A stretch of DNA of 64,000 bases from Acidobacteriota bacterium. GTDB lineage: Bacteria > Acidobacteriota > UBA6911 > RPQK01 > JAJDTT01. Below, in pieces: positions 21,508-31,175 of this stretch (its first letter is position 1; each line of letters begins with the position of its first letter). The position numbers and the translations under genes are program-made. The notes under the pieces are model-generated. The model was not told where the DNA came from. It saw only the letters and a program-made list of their open reading frames with translations, and made no database searches. The stretch covers positions 6,016,001 to 6,080,000 of the forward strand of contig OZ253580.1 of the NCBI GenBank assembly GCA_965263035.1, read 5' to 3'.

Positions 21508-21645
21508 GACCCCTCCAGGAGGGAACACCGTACGATAAGAGCACTTTATTTTACCCTGTTCCCTCCCTCTGACTCCCCCGTCTTCTACGGCGGCCGCGGT
21601 CCCGCGCCATCCCCTTCTTTCCCATTTCGGTGATTCCATTCGGGT
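21508..21645 (+). repeat. Degenerate full module copy G
   Basis: CCGTACGATAA gagcact TTATTTTACCC TG...CTGACTCCCC...CCATCCCCTTCT...CGGTGATTCCATT; collinear with 4912-5021. Confidence 0.65.
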
Positions 21646-21861
21646 CATAAACGAGTCCAGGACCCGATCCGTCAGATCGGTGGCCCCTTCCGCAATTCGG
21701 CCAGAAGGAATGTACCCGCATCACTGAATACAGTCGAAGGCCATCCTTCTGCTTGGAGGAACCGTCACGGATGTCAGTAATCTCCCTGAAGACCTCGTAT
21801 CTTTGCCGGCGGGAATCTTCTTCCCGTTTTCCAGGACCGGAGAAATTTCGAGCATAGGAAC

Positions 21862-22104
21862 ATGATCTGGGACCTGATTCTCATTGGAGCCTTGCTTTAC
21901 TTGGCCGTCGCCATCCGGGGCCAGATCCGGCACCTGAAACAGATGGAGTTGGGATTGGGTGTCAGAATCACCAGCCTGGAGACGCAGATCAGAGACCTAC
22001 AGGATTGCGCTGGCCGGATTGAGGACACGTTGGCCGTGTCCAAGAAGTCCTTCGGAGCAACCGTTCCGGATGCCCGTAATCTCCCCGAAGACCTCGTATC
22101 TTAG
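21862..22104 (+). CDS. Small TM plus coiled-coil protein
   Basis: N-terminal hydrophobic helix followed by a heptad pattern; AGGA RBS. Confidence 0.55.
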   Translation: MIWDLILIGALLYLAVAIRGQIRHLKQMELGLGVRITSLETQIRDLQDCAGRIEDTLAVSKKSFGATVPDARNLPEDLVS

Positions 22105-22336
22105 CCGGTAGCGATCCACGACCTCGCCCGGGGTGCCGGTCCTCTTCGACCCGAACGCACGATCCTCACAGGTCGCCGCGGTTGTCCATGTGGTCGGCGA
22201 ATGGGTGCCCGGTAAAGATGTAGACTGAACGGGTCGCTTCATCGCCCAGCTTCCGACAGAGCCTCTTCACGAAGGCCCGCCCCATGCGAACCAGATGGGA
22301 CCCAGGGGAAGAAACATTTCGGAGGAATCGCCAACC

Positions 22337-24067
22337 ATGATCGGACAAGTTCTGGCGAGGCTGGCTGTTTTACTGCTGTGCGTATCGATTCTGGTGGGCC
22401 GGTCGGACCAGGTGTACCGTGCCGAGAACAACGTCATCTACGTGACGCGCGTGGAGGATGGGGTGCTGAGGTGCGGACATGCCACGCCGGCCAATATGGA
22501 TTTAGTGGAGAGAATACAAGCTCGAGTCTCCCGTGCGAGGTCTACGCCAGTACAGACAAACTTGGCCCAGCCCGCTGCGGATATCGTCGTCAACTACACG
22601 GGGTTCACTCCGGAAGCCCAGGCCGCCTTTCAGCGGGCGGTCGACATCTGGGCGTCTACACTGATGACGACGGTGCCGATTGAAATCGATGCCGACTTCG
22701 TCTCGGCCGACGATCTGGAGAACCCTGAAGAACTGGAAAATGCTCTGGCATTCGCCCGACCCTCCCAATCTTGGGCGATAGCTATGGCAAATGATCAGCA
22801 AGTCGCGGTGCCGATTGCCATTGGCAATCAGCTTTCAAACCGGGATCGAGATCCTGACAAACCAGACTTTGCAGCGACGGTCATCGACCGCGGTGACTGG
22901 TACTTTGGGCTGGACGGACGCCCTGAGAGTAATCAGTTCGATTTGGTTTCCGTCGTCCTGCACGAGATTTCACACGGACTGGGGATCTTAGACAGCTTCG
23001 AACTGGACGACGACGGAAACGGCCAGTACGGACTGAAGTTCCGAGATAGAGAGGAGCGTATTCCCACGTTGTTCGATTATTTCGTCCGTCTAAGGAATGG
23101 GGACCAGTTGATTACAGACTTGTCCAGTCCCTCCGCCGAATTGGCTGACGCGATCACCGGCATCAAACTCTTCTGGGCGGGACCACAAACGAGGAGAGCC
23201 AATGGTGGTCGAACCCCCGTCCTGCTTTGGGCGCCAAACGAGTTTGAAGCTGCCAGCAGCATCGCCCATTTGGACGAAGATGCGTATCCTTCCGGGACTT
23301 CCAACAGCTTGATGACCCCACAAATAGGCAGAGGCGAAGTGTCGCAGATTCCGGGTCCCCTGTTGCGCGCCATGCTCAAGGACCTGGAATACACGGTTCG
23401 TGGCCAGGTTCTGCAGATTCCGCATTTTGGGGTCGGGGACGGCTTGAGCTCGGATATCGTCGTCACCAATCGTTCTTCGACCGAGACTGCCGCCGTGGCG
23501 GTCGATGCCTGGGACTCGGAGGGGAGCGAGTTGGACGGGGACACCCTGTTCGGCACGGCGGGCGCCGATCGATTCGATCTCCCCCCCTTGGGAAGCCGGA
23601 CCCTGACTCTGTCGTCCGGCGACGGAGGCCTGCTGACCGGATCGATAACGGTCTCGACGGATGATGTTCCGGTTTCCGCGGTGGTTCGTTTCGAACTCAC
23701 GGGCACCGGCATCACCGGAGTCGGCGCCAGCTCCAGACTGCGGGCAGCCGTGGCGCCGGCGCGGCGCAGCGGGGGGCTCAGTACCGGAATCGCGGTGCGC
23801 AACACCGAGCTGGCGGAGCAGAGGGTGGACCTGACACTCAAAGATGAAAGCGGGGAGGTGGTCGCCGGCGGAACGTCCGCCAGAACAATTCAGGCCGGGG
23901 GCCAATTTGCCGCGTTCATTCAAGAGATATTCCCCGACGCCGTGACCACTGATTTCAAAGGGGAGATCTGCGTTCGGACCCAAGCCGGCCGGGTCGCCGT
24001 CGTCGCCCTGGAACTGGAGCCCGGCAGGGCGTTCACGACGCTGCCGGTGGGTCCGATTGTGGATTGA
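22337..24067 (+). CDS. Secreted zinc metalloprotease (HEXXH) with C-terminal beta domain
   Basis: Signal peptide; VVLHEISHGLG; SSIAHLDE; LMTP. Confidence 0.85.
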   Translation: MIGQVLARLAVLLLCVSILVGRSDQVYRAENNVIYVTRVEDGVLRCGHATPANMDLVERIQARVSRARSTPVQTNLAQPAADIVVNYTGFTPEAQAAFQRAVDIWASTLMTTVPIEIDADFVSADDLENPEELENALAFARPSQSWAIAMANDQQVAVPIAIGNQLSNRDRDPDKPDFAATVIDRGDWYFGLDGRPESNQFDLVSVVLHEISHGLGILDSFELDDDGNGQYGLKFRDREERIPTLFDYFVRLRNGDQLITDLSSPSAELADAITGIKLFWAGPQTRRANGGRTPVLLWAPNEFEAASSIAHLDEDAYPSGTSNSLMTPQIGRGEVSQIPGPLLRAMLKDLEYTVRGQVLQIPHFGVGDGLSSDIVVTNRSSTETAAVAVDAWDSEGSELDGDTLFGTAGADRFDLPPLGSRTLTLSSGDGGLLTGSITVSTDDVPVSAVVRFELTGTGITGVGASSRLRAAVAPARRSGGLSTGIAVRNTELAEQRVDLTLKDESGEVVAGGTSARTIQAGGQFAAFIQEIFPDAVTTDFKGEICVRTQAGRVAVVALELEPGRAFTTLPVGPIVD

Positions 24068-25272
24068 TTTCTTATCCCTGCGAGTCCAGGCCGCATTCCT
24101 CACCAGGTCGCCTTTGTCCCATCCTTGGTGACGGCGGCCGGTGGCACCTATTTTCGACTCGGGATAATCGGCAGTGTGACGTGTGAGGGGAACTGGCTGT
24201 TGTGATAGATCTTCTGCGTGGCCACTACCGAACGGGTCTCCAGACCGATATTGTCGGCGCCCGTGTTCAAATTCCTGAGATAGTAGGGAAAGTAACTGCT
24301 GGAGACCTCGACTCGGATGCGGTGCCCTTTCTTGAACACGTTCCCGGTCGACCTCCAGAATTCGATCGTATACTCGTAGACCCTGTTGGGCTCGATCTTG
24401 CTCAGCCGTTCCGAATTGAACGCCCCTTCTCTTTGCGGGTCTCGATGCCGTGCCCGTAGCACCCCGTCACACAGGAGGGCGGCATAGCCATCGGGATGGA
24501 CGTCGATCAAGCGCACCATCCAATCGGTATCTCGTGCCGAGGTCGCCGCATAGAGCTTCGCCTCAACCGGCCCCGTCACTTCGATGTCTTCGGCCAGCGG
24601 CGGCGTCGTATAGACCAGCACATCATCCCGGATCGACGGAATTCTCGCATCCACCGCTCCATCGATATGACCATTCGTAAATGGGGCACAAGGGGTGGGA
24701 TCGGCCGGGTCGTAAACATAAGCATCCCAGGATTCCTCACCCGGCGGTGTCGTGTTCAGCACGCCGCCTCCCTTCAGCGAATTGGCCTTACCTCCACTGT
24801 GCAGGTAGTAATTCGTCCAATTTGTTTGAGGTAGCGGCCAGTCCTGCTCCGCGTACCAGCGGTTGGGTCCCATGACAAAGACATAAACGGGAGGCTCATC
24901 GGTCACCCCGTTGTCGATCCCCTTCAAGAAATGGTCAAACCACCGGCAGATCATTCCGTTCAGGTCGATCACGGCATCGGGACCGTAGTCGAATCCCGCG
25001 ACCACCCGTTGATTGATGGCGTGTTGCCAGGGTCCGATGACGAGGGAAGGACGGCGGGATTCCGGGGTCGCTCCGTACTGCTTCATCCCCTGGTAGTTCA
25101 TGGGCGAGCCGGGATAGTTCGCATCGAACCACCCTGTGATGTTCAGGGCCGGTACCGTCATTTTTGAATAGTTGTCTTTGCCCTGGTAGGAAATCTTCCT
25201 CCAGTATTCACCTGTCGAGAGATTTTGCCGGATCCACGTCTCGAACCAGGGCGCATCCAGCGCTCCCTTCAC

Positions 25273-27268
25273 CCCAGATTATTCATCACGCAAACATAAA
25301 ATGAGCAAGCGTGCCCGTCATGTCGAGTCGGATCAGAGGGTTACGGGATACCCACAGAAAACGGATGGGATCCGACCTGGGTGAAACGCTATATTTGTTT
25401 TCAACGTCGGTTTAACCCCAGGATTCAAGTGGGGCCGAAACCCAAGCATTTCCACGGTTTTCGTCCCCTCCAAGGGCGGCATAAAGAGACGGCGTGCCCG
25501 TCATTTGTGGTATGATTATAGTGCTAAGAAACAACCACAATAAACGGAGCACGCCATGCCTGAGACGATACCGCAGATCCGGCCCTCATTCAACCGATCC
25601 CTCCGCCTCGAGACCCGCCCCGAGTTGCTCAGTGCGGACACGGGAGCCCTGGTGCAACGGGAGCTGATGGAGCGCAGCGGCCTCATCGACTGGTTGACCG
25701 AGCGGTTGCACGATCCGCGACACCCGAGTTCGATCCGCTATCCGCTGTCGGATCTGCTGCGGACTCGACTCCTGCTGCTGGGTCAGGGCTGGCGCGACCA
25801 GTCCGACGCCGACCGCCTGCGTCAGGATCCGAGCTTGCGGGTGGCGAGCCGGACCCGTCGGGGCACGGCGGCCTTGGAGGAGGGCCAGGGGCTGGCGTCG
25901 CAGCCGACCTTGTCCCGACTGCTGGACACGCTCAGCCGGGAGGAGAACCTTCCGGTCCTGCACCAGGCGGTGACGGAGCTGGCGTGCCGTCGGATCGAGA
26001 TGATCGAAGGCCAGCGGCGAAAACGGGGGAAAAAGACCCCACGGAAGAAGAGACGGAAAAAGACGATGTACCTGGACGTGGACGGTCTCCCGGTCGAGGT
26101 CCATGGGCATCCCCCGGGAAGCGAATGGAACGGATACTATCGCCAGCGGATGTACCACGGGTTGGTGGCGAGTTGTGCCGAGACGGGGGACCTGATCGAC
26201 GGGGAGATTTTTCCGGGAGCCAGCTACCTGGGGAAAAAGGCGCTGAAGTTGACGCTGCGGGTGGTGGACCGCTGTCGGGGGCGTCTGTGCGGCTCGATGA
26301 TCGTGCGGATGGATGCGGGGTTCCCGGAGCCGGGGCTGCTGAAGGGGCTGGAGTCGAGAAGCGTGCCCTATATCGCTCGAATCCGCAAGAATGAGGTCCT
26401 GAACCGGATGGCGAAGCCCTACTTGACCCAGCCGGCGGGGCGATCCCCGAAAGAGCCGCCGAGGCTCTGGTTCCATGAGCTGACCTACCAGGCGGAGAGT
26501 TGGGATCGGGCGCGCCGGGTGGTGCTGGTGGTGCGGGAGCGACCGGGGGAGTTGTATCCGGATCATTTCTGGTTGCTGACGAGCCTGAGCCGGAAGCGTT
26601 ATGAGGCGGAAGCGTTGCTGACACAGTATCGAAAGCGGGGGAAGGCGGAAGGGCACATGGGGGAGTTGATGGACGTGCTCGATCCGGCCTTGTCCTCCGC
26701 GAGCCGGCCCAAGACGCACTATCGGGGCCAACCGCTGAAGTCGGAAGCCAAGCCGGAAGCGAGGACGGAGGCCGGCGTTCGACCCCACAACGAAGTCTTG
26801 TTCCTGCTGAATCTTCTGGGGTACGAGATCCTGCACCTGGGTCGGGTGCTGATGGAGCAGGCGACGCGTCGGGGCTGGAGTCTGCGTCGTTTTCGCGAGC
26901 GGGTGTTGCGAGTGGCGAGTCGGGCGCTACGTCAGGGGAGGCGATTGATTTTCGTCATCAGTCAAGGGGCGACGGACTGGAAGGAGTTGTGGCAGAGACT
27001 GGCGCGGGTGTCCTGGGCGCCGGGATAGTGGACGGAGGAGGCATCGGGCCCGTGGAAGGGACCGAAACGGTGGGGATTTCTCACCGGAAAGTCAATCTGT
27101 CGGCGGGTGACGGTCCCCCTGGCCGGAAAACGGTTTATGACTGGTTCAATCGTCCTGTTTTTGAGCCGATTCAGTCGAATCGACAGAGCTTCAAGAGAAA
27201 CCGGGCTCCGACCGCACGAAAACGCCGGGTTGGAAGCCCTTATCAACATGTTCCATGAATAATCTGGG
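25273..27268 (+). mobile_element. Complete IS1380-family element
   Basis: 14-bp IRs CCCAGATTATTCAT/ATGAATAATCTGGG; 5-bp TSD TTCAC (25268-25272, 27269-27273). Confidence 0.92.
25556..27028 (+). CDS. IS1380 DDE transposase
   Basis: LSADTGAL, LASQPTLSRL, YLDVDG, VRMDAGF, YRKRGKAE. Confidence 0.92.
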   Translation: MPETIPQIRPSFNRSLRLETRPELLSADTGALVQRELMERSGLIDWLTERLHDPRHPSSIRYPLSDLLRTRLLLLGQGWRDQSDADRLRQDPSLRVASRTRRGTAALEEGQGLASQPTLSRLLDTLSREENLPVLHQAVTELACRRIEMIEGQRRKRGKKTPRKKRRKKTMYLDVDGLPVEVHGHPPGSEWNGYYRQRMYHGLVASCAETGDLIDGEIFPGASYLGKKALKLTLRVVDRCRGRLCGSMIVRMDAGFPEPGLLKGLESRSVPYIARIRKNEVLNRMAKPYLTQPAGRSPKEPPRLWFHELTYQAESWDRARRVVLVVRERPGELYPDHFWLLTSLSRKRYEAEALLTQYRKRGKAEGHMGELMDVLDPALSSASRPKTHYRGQPLKSEAKPEARTEAGVRPHNEVLFLLNLLGYEILHLGRVLMEQATRRGWSLRRFRERVLRVASRALRQGRRLIFVISQGATDWKELWQRLARVSWAPG

Positions 27269-27372
27269 TTCACTTTGGGGATTATATACGAAAGTGCCGA
27301 AAAAGTTGCCCGTAGGGGTTGATAATGCCGGTACTTTCCTATAGAATATGTCTTGTAAGTCAGGAGGATGCA

Positions 27373-28323
27373 ATGAGTTACGAGACACGGAACAAGGCAC
27401 CCGGAAAGGCGTTCCGAGAGGGACTTTCACTTCGCGGATTCTTCAAGAGATTTCCCGACGATAAAGCCGCTGAGGAATGGTTCATAAAGCAGCGGTGGCC
27501 GGAGGAAGTCTGTTGCGTCCATTGCGGCTCCACCAACGTCCAGACCGGAGCCAAGCATCCTTCCATGCCGTATCGTTGCCGCGATTGCGGCAAGCGGTTC
27601 AGCGTCCGGGTCGGGACGGTTATGCAGTCCTCCAAACTCGGCTATCAGACTTGGTTGCTTGCGACCTACCTCCTTACTACCAGCCTCAAGAGCGTTTCCT
27701 CCATGAAGCTGCATCGTGACCTGGACGTAACACAGAAGACGGCTTGGCACCTTGCTCACCGGATACGGAAAGGTCTGAACCTGACTGGAATGGCCCTGTT
27801 CTCCGGCCCGGTCGAGGCTGACGAGGCGTATCTCGGCGGAAAGCGGAAGCATATGCCGAAGGCCAAACGCGCCAAACTGGAGGGACGTGGAGCCGTTGGA
27901 AAGACGGCCGTGGCTGCCGTCAAAGATCGCCCCTCCAACCAAGTGTCGGCCCGAGTCGTCCCTGACACCAAGTCTGAAACCCTCTCCCGTTTCGTCTTGG
28001 AGCACGTGGGAGAAGATGCCAAGATCTACACGGACGATTCAACCTCTTACGGCCGGCTTGTCCATCACGAGACGGTCAGGCATTCTCTTCAGGAGTACGT
28101 CAAAGGCAACTGCCACACCAACGGAGCCGAATCATTCTGGTCCATGTTGAAGCGGAGTTACCACGGAACCTTTCACCACTTCTCGGAACAGCACACCGAC
28201 CGATACGTTGGAGAGTTTGCCGCACGTCACAACCTAAGGCGCATGGACACGTTGGATCAAATGGCCCTGGTCGCTGACCGGATGGTGGGAAAGCGGCTGC
28301 GTTACAAGGATTTGGTGGGTTGA
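27373..28323 (+). CDS. IS1595 (ISXO2-like) transposase
   Basis: Zn ribbon CVHC/CRDC; VEADEAY; IYTDD; HTNGAESFW. Confidence 0.93.
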   Translation: MSYETRNKAPGKAFREGLSLRGFFKRFPDDKAAEEWFIKQRWPEEVCCVHCGSTNVQTGAKHPSMPYRCRDCGKRFSVRVGTVMQSSKLGYQTWLLATYLLTTSLKSVSSMKLHRDLDVTQKTAWHLAHRIRKGLNLTGMALFSGPVEADEAYLGGKRKHMPKAKRAKLEGRGAVGKTAVAAVKDRPSNQVSARVVPDTKSETLSRFVLEHVGEDAKIYTDDSTSYGRLVHHETVRHSLQEYVKGNCHTNGAESFWSMLKRSYHGTFHHFSEQHTDRYVGEFAARHNLRRMDTLDQMALVADRMVGKRLRYKDLVG

Positions 28324-28825
28324 ACGAAAATCGACTGAGCTTTGGAGACAACCTTGAAGTCATGCGGGAGGATGTCCCGGATGAATCCGTTGGGAACACA
28401 CCCAATACATTGGCCTTCCCCATACCATCACACACGCTCAGGAGCTTGCCGGCATCGATAAATTCCGGTTTGAGAGGTGGGCTGCTGCTCTGGTGGACGG
28501 TATGGAGCCGAACCGAATCCAGAGACGGGATGGCGGAATTGACGGCGTGGGACGGCTCCCGATCCGCAAGGGCCGGTTCATTGACATCGTTTCTCAGGTC
28601 AAAGGCGGCTCTACCAATCCCGGACACGTCCAAGCCTTCAACGGCGCACGTCAACAGGCCGGAGCTGATCTCGGCATCTTCACCTGCTTTCGAGACAGAG
28701 TGACCAACGGCATGAGAAATGCCGCCGTCAACGCCGGACGCTTCATGGACCTGCCCAAGATTCAAATCTACACGCCGGAAGACTACTTTGAGGGGAAGCA
28801 ACCTAGGATGCCGAGGGCCGCATGA
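28320..28825 (+). pseudogene. Internally deleted DNA methyltransferase / Mrr-like nuclease passenger
   Basis: NRLSFGDNLEVMRE...DESV resembles an MTase N-terminus; DGGIDG...SQVKGG in another frame resembles an Mrr-like domain. Confidence 0.65.
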
Positions 28826-29004
28826 AGAAACCCAGACACAATCCCCAACATCCCACCATCGAACTGGTCAAGGATTCCTACCAACCGACCAAGGCCGAAC
28901 TGGAACAGGATATGCGCGTGGAAGCAGACTTCGAGGAGCTGGCCCGTGCATTGGTCCAGCCCGTGAATATCAGATGGATAGACCGGCCACGGAACCGGCG
29001 TTAA
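28822..29004 (+). CDS. Small IS1595 passenger protein
   Basis: ATGA overlap with the upstream ORF; lies inside the right IR; YQPTKAELE. Confidence 0.55.
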   Translation: MKKPRHNPQHPTIELVKDSYQPTKAELEQDMRVEADFEELARALVQPVNIRWIDRPRNRR

Positions 29005-29799
29005 TGCTCAGGTTTCGGCACTTTCGTATATAATCCCCTTCACTTTCGGCATTTCGATATAGGGTAGATGCATATATTCTTCGTGCCGATTATTGGAAAA
29101 CCCTCCGTAGGGCCCCTCACCGATAACTTGTATGGTCCGGCCGGCCATCATTCCCGCTCCCCAATCCATGGCCCAGCACACCAAAATTCCATTCTGGTAC
29201 GGAGCATTGAAGAACTGATCCGGCGGAGCCACTTCGGGGGCGATGGCTTTCAAGGAAGGGGGGGCCTGGCTGGCAGTCCACCACTGGGTCCACCCCAGAT
29301 AAGAGCCCCCTGTCATGCCAACATTGCCGTTGGACCAGGACTGGCGAGCCAGCCACTCGACGAGGTCGTAACCGTCCGTCTTGTGTTTCTCGTCGAAGAT
29401 GTCAGTCTCCCCTTCCGAATCGTATCGGCCTCGCAAATCGGAAATGGCGAAGACGTAACCGCGTCGCGCAAACCACTTGGCTCGATCCGTTCCAAACCCG
29501 GCTCTTCCACCGAGATTGCTGTAACCCGTGTGGCTCAGTATCACGGGGAACCTTCCCGGAGCGTCGGGCCGGTAGAGGTCCACGGAGAGTCTTACCCCGT
29601 CTCTCATGGGCACCATGTTCCCCAGCACGACCTTCGATTCGTACTCTGGTTCGGAATAGTTCCCCGAATCCGGTTTCTGGGCCCCTGCCAACGCCGGAAA
29701 ACCAAGGCCCACCAGGGATAGGGTCGATACAATCCTTTGCCCGCGTCCCATCACCCCTCCCTTCCGCGCCTTCTTCATTCCCAGAAAAACATGGGGGCT

Positions 29800-29868
29800 A
29801 GGAGGACATCCTTGTCCCCCTCTTCATCGCCAGCCCGGAATCGGGGGTTGCAAACCCCCGCTCCCACG
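29800..29868. repeat. REP-like palindromes
   Basis: GGACATCCTTGTCC and CGGGGGTTGCAAACCCCCGCTCCCAC. Confidence 0.5.
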
Positions 29869-29948
29869 CTCCCCCTTATTCTGCCAGTTGGTGTTGTGCT
29901 CACTTCTATCGTTTGGGGATAAACGGCGGCAAACTGCAATGACCGGAC

Positions 29949-31172
29949 TCAGCCCAGGGACCGGATCTCCTCGATGAGGGGCCAGAAGTTCAACTGGTCC
30001 ACCGCGTGGCCGCGGTACATCCCCACCGAGTCCGCCCCGTTCGCCAGGGCGGTCCGGGCGGCTTCCAGCATCAGCTTGGGGTCCTGGAAGCTCCCGACGT
30101 GGTAGCAGGACAGCTCCACGATGAGAGGACACCGCCCCCGGATCAATTTCGCCAACTGGCTGGTGTAGCGCTCCACCCGGGTCAGGTCGGAAGTGGTCCG
30201 GAACCAGAGGTAGAGTTTGTCCGTCAGCGACTCGTCGAGCCAGGCGCGGAGATCCTGGAAGGCGCCCAGGTAACGGTCTCCGTGAGGCCCCGCCAGATCC
30301 TGGGCGATGACGGCTATGGTAACGGGGGCTTCCGGGTGCAGGGCCTTCATGCGACGGCGCAGCTCCCGAAGCGTCTCGGTGACGAAACCGGCCCGGAAAC
30401 GCAGCCATTCCGGGTCATGGTTCGGGAGTCCTGACGGACTCTTGCCGCTCCGTTTCCGGTACGCCTCCACCATCGGGGATTCGTAACCGTGGATCGCGGC
30501 GCCGTGGCCGTCCCGGAGTTCGCTCACGAACTCCACCTGCACGCCATGGCCGCCCGATTCCTCCACGATCTCCAGGTACCGGTCGACCATGTACGACCGC
30601 ACCTCGGGAACGGCCAGGCTCATGGAGAGCCGGCTCCCCAGCTTGAGTTCGCGGTCGCCTTCCCGGTCCAGCGCCCACCAGTCCGGATGTTCCTTGGCGA
30701 ATGAGCCGATGCTCAGCATGGCTCGGGGGCTGTTCCAGATGGGGCGATGCCGATCCAGCTTTTCCTTGAGCCGGGCGGAGCCGTAGGGAAGACCGATGTA
30801 GTTGAGGGACCAGTTGGCCCGCATCCGCCTCGCGCCATGGCTGTTGAACGCCATGTAGGGATGCATCACGATCCCCTTCTCCCGGGCCGCCTGGGCCAGG
30901 ATCAGGGACCCGCGAGTCGGAACCAGATGGGTCACGCCATGCCGAGCGCACTTCTCGACGAAGTCGATGACGGCCGGCTCATCGGAAGGCTGGGTCGGAC
31001 TGATCAATCCGCCCGGAGCACACCAAAGTGAAAACCTGGGATCCCCGGAGCGTTTCGCCGCCGAAGCTGCAACCGCCTTCGCGGTCGCGGGTGGAGCCGC
31101 GGCCACGGCTCCGTAGGCCAAGCTCCTCTCCAGGAAACGGCGGCGGCTGAGATTGGAGGACGACTCGGACAT
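29949..31172 (-). CDS. Tat-exported glycoside hydrolase-like (GHL10-type TIM barrel) protein
   Basis: LSRRRFL twin-arginine signal; HPDW, PEVRSY, WLRFRA. Confidence 0.65.
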   Translation of the reverse strand: MSESSSNLSRRRFLERSLAYGAVAAAPPATAKAVAASAAKRSGDPRFSLWCAPGGLISPTQPSDEPAVIDFVEKCARHGVTHLVPTRGSLILAQAAREKGIVMHPYMAFNSHGARRMRANWSLNYIGLPYGSARLKEKLDRHRPIWNSPRAMLSIGSFAKEHPDWWALDREGDRELKLGSRLSMSLAVPEVRSYMVDRYLEIVEESGGHGVQVEFVSELRDGHGAAIHGYESPMVEAYRKRSGKSPSGLPNHDPEWLRFRAGFVTETLRELRRRMKALHPEAPVTIAVIAQDLAGPHGDRYLGAFQDLRAWLDESLTDKLYLWFRTTSDLTRVERYTSQLAKLIRGRCPLIVELSCYHVGSFQDPKLMLEAARTALANGADSVGMYRGHAVDQLNFWPLIEEIRSLG

Positions 31173-31175
31173 GGC

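Larger units (their letters stand above)
27277..29038 (+). mobile_element. Complete IS1595-family element with passenger sequences
   Basis: 26-bp perfect IRs GGGGATTATATACGAAAGTGCCGAAA; 8-bp TSD TTCACTTT (27269-27276, 29039-29046). Confidence 0.93.
24148..29778 (-). pseudogene. CocE/NonD (peptidase S15) hydrolase interrupted by two IS elements
   Basis: 5' part PMRDGVRL, DLRGRYDSEG, GGSYLG; 3' part LVIGPWQH, FKKGHRIRVEVSSS; rejoins in frame as MPKVKGALDAPW. Confidence 0.9.

Noticed and set aside
26010-26065. NLS-like basic stretch in the IS1380 transposase
   Set aside because: Basic low-complexity linkers are common in DNA-binding proteins; no support for host targeting
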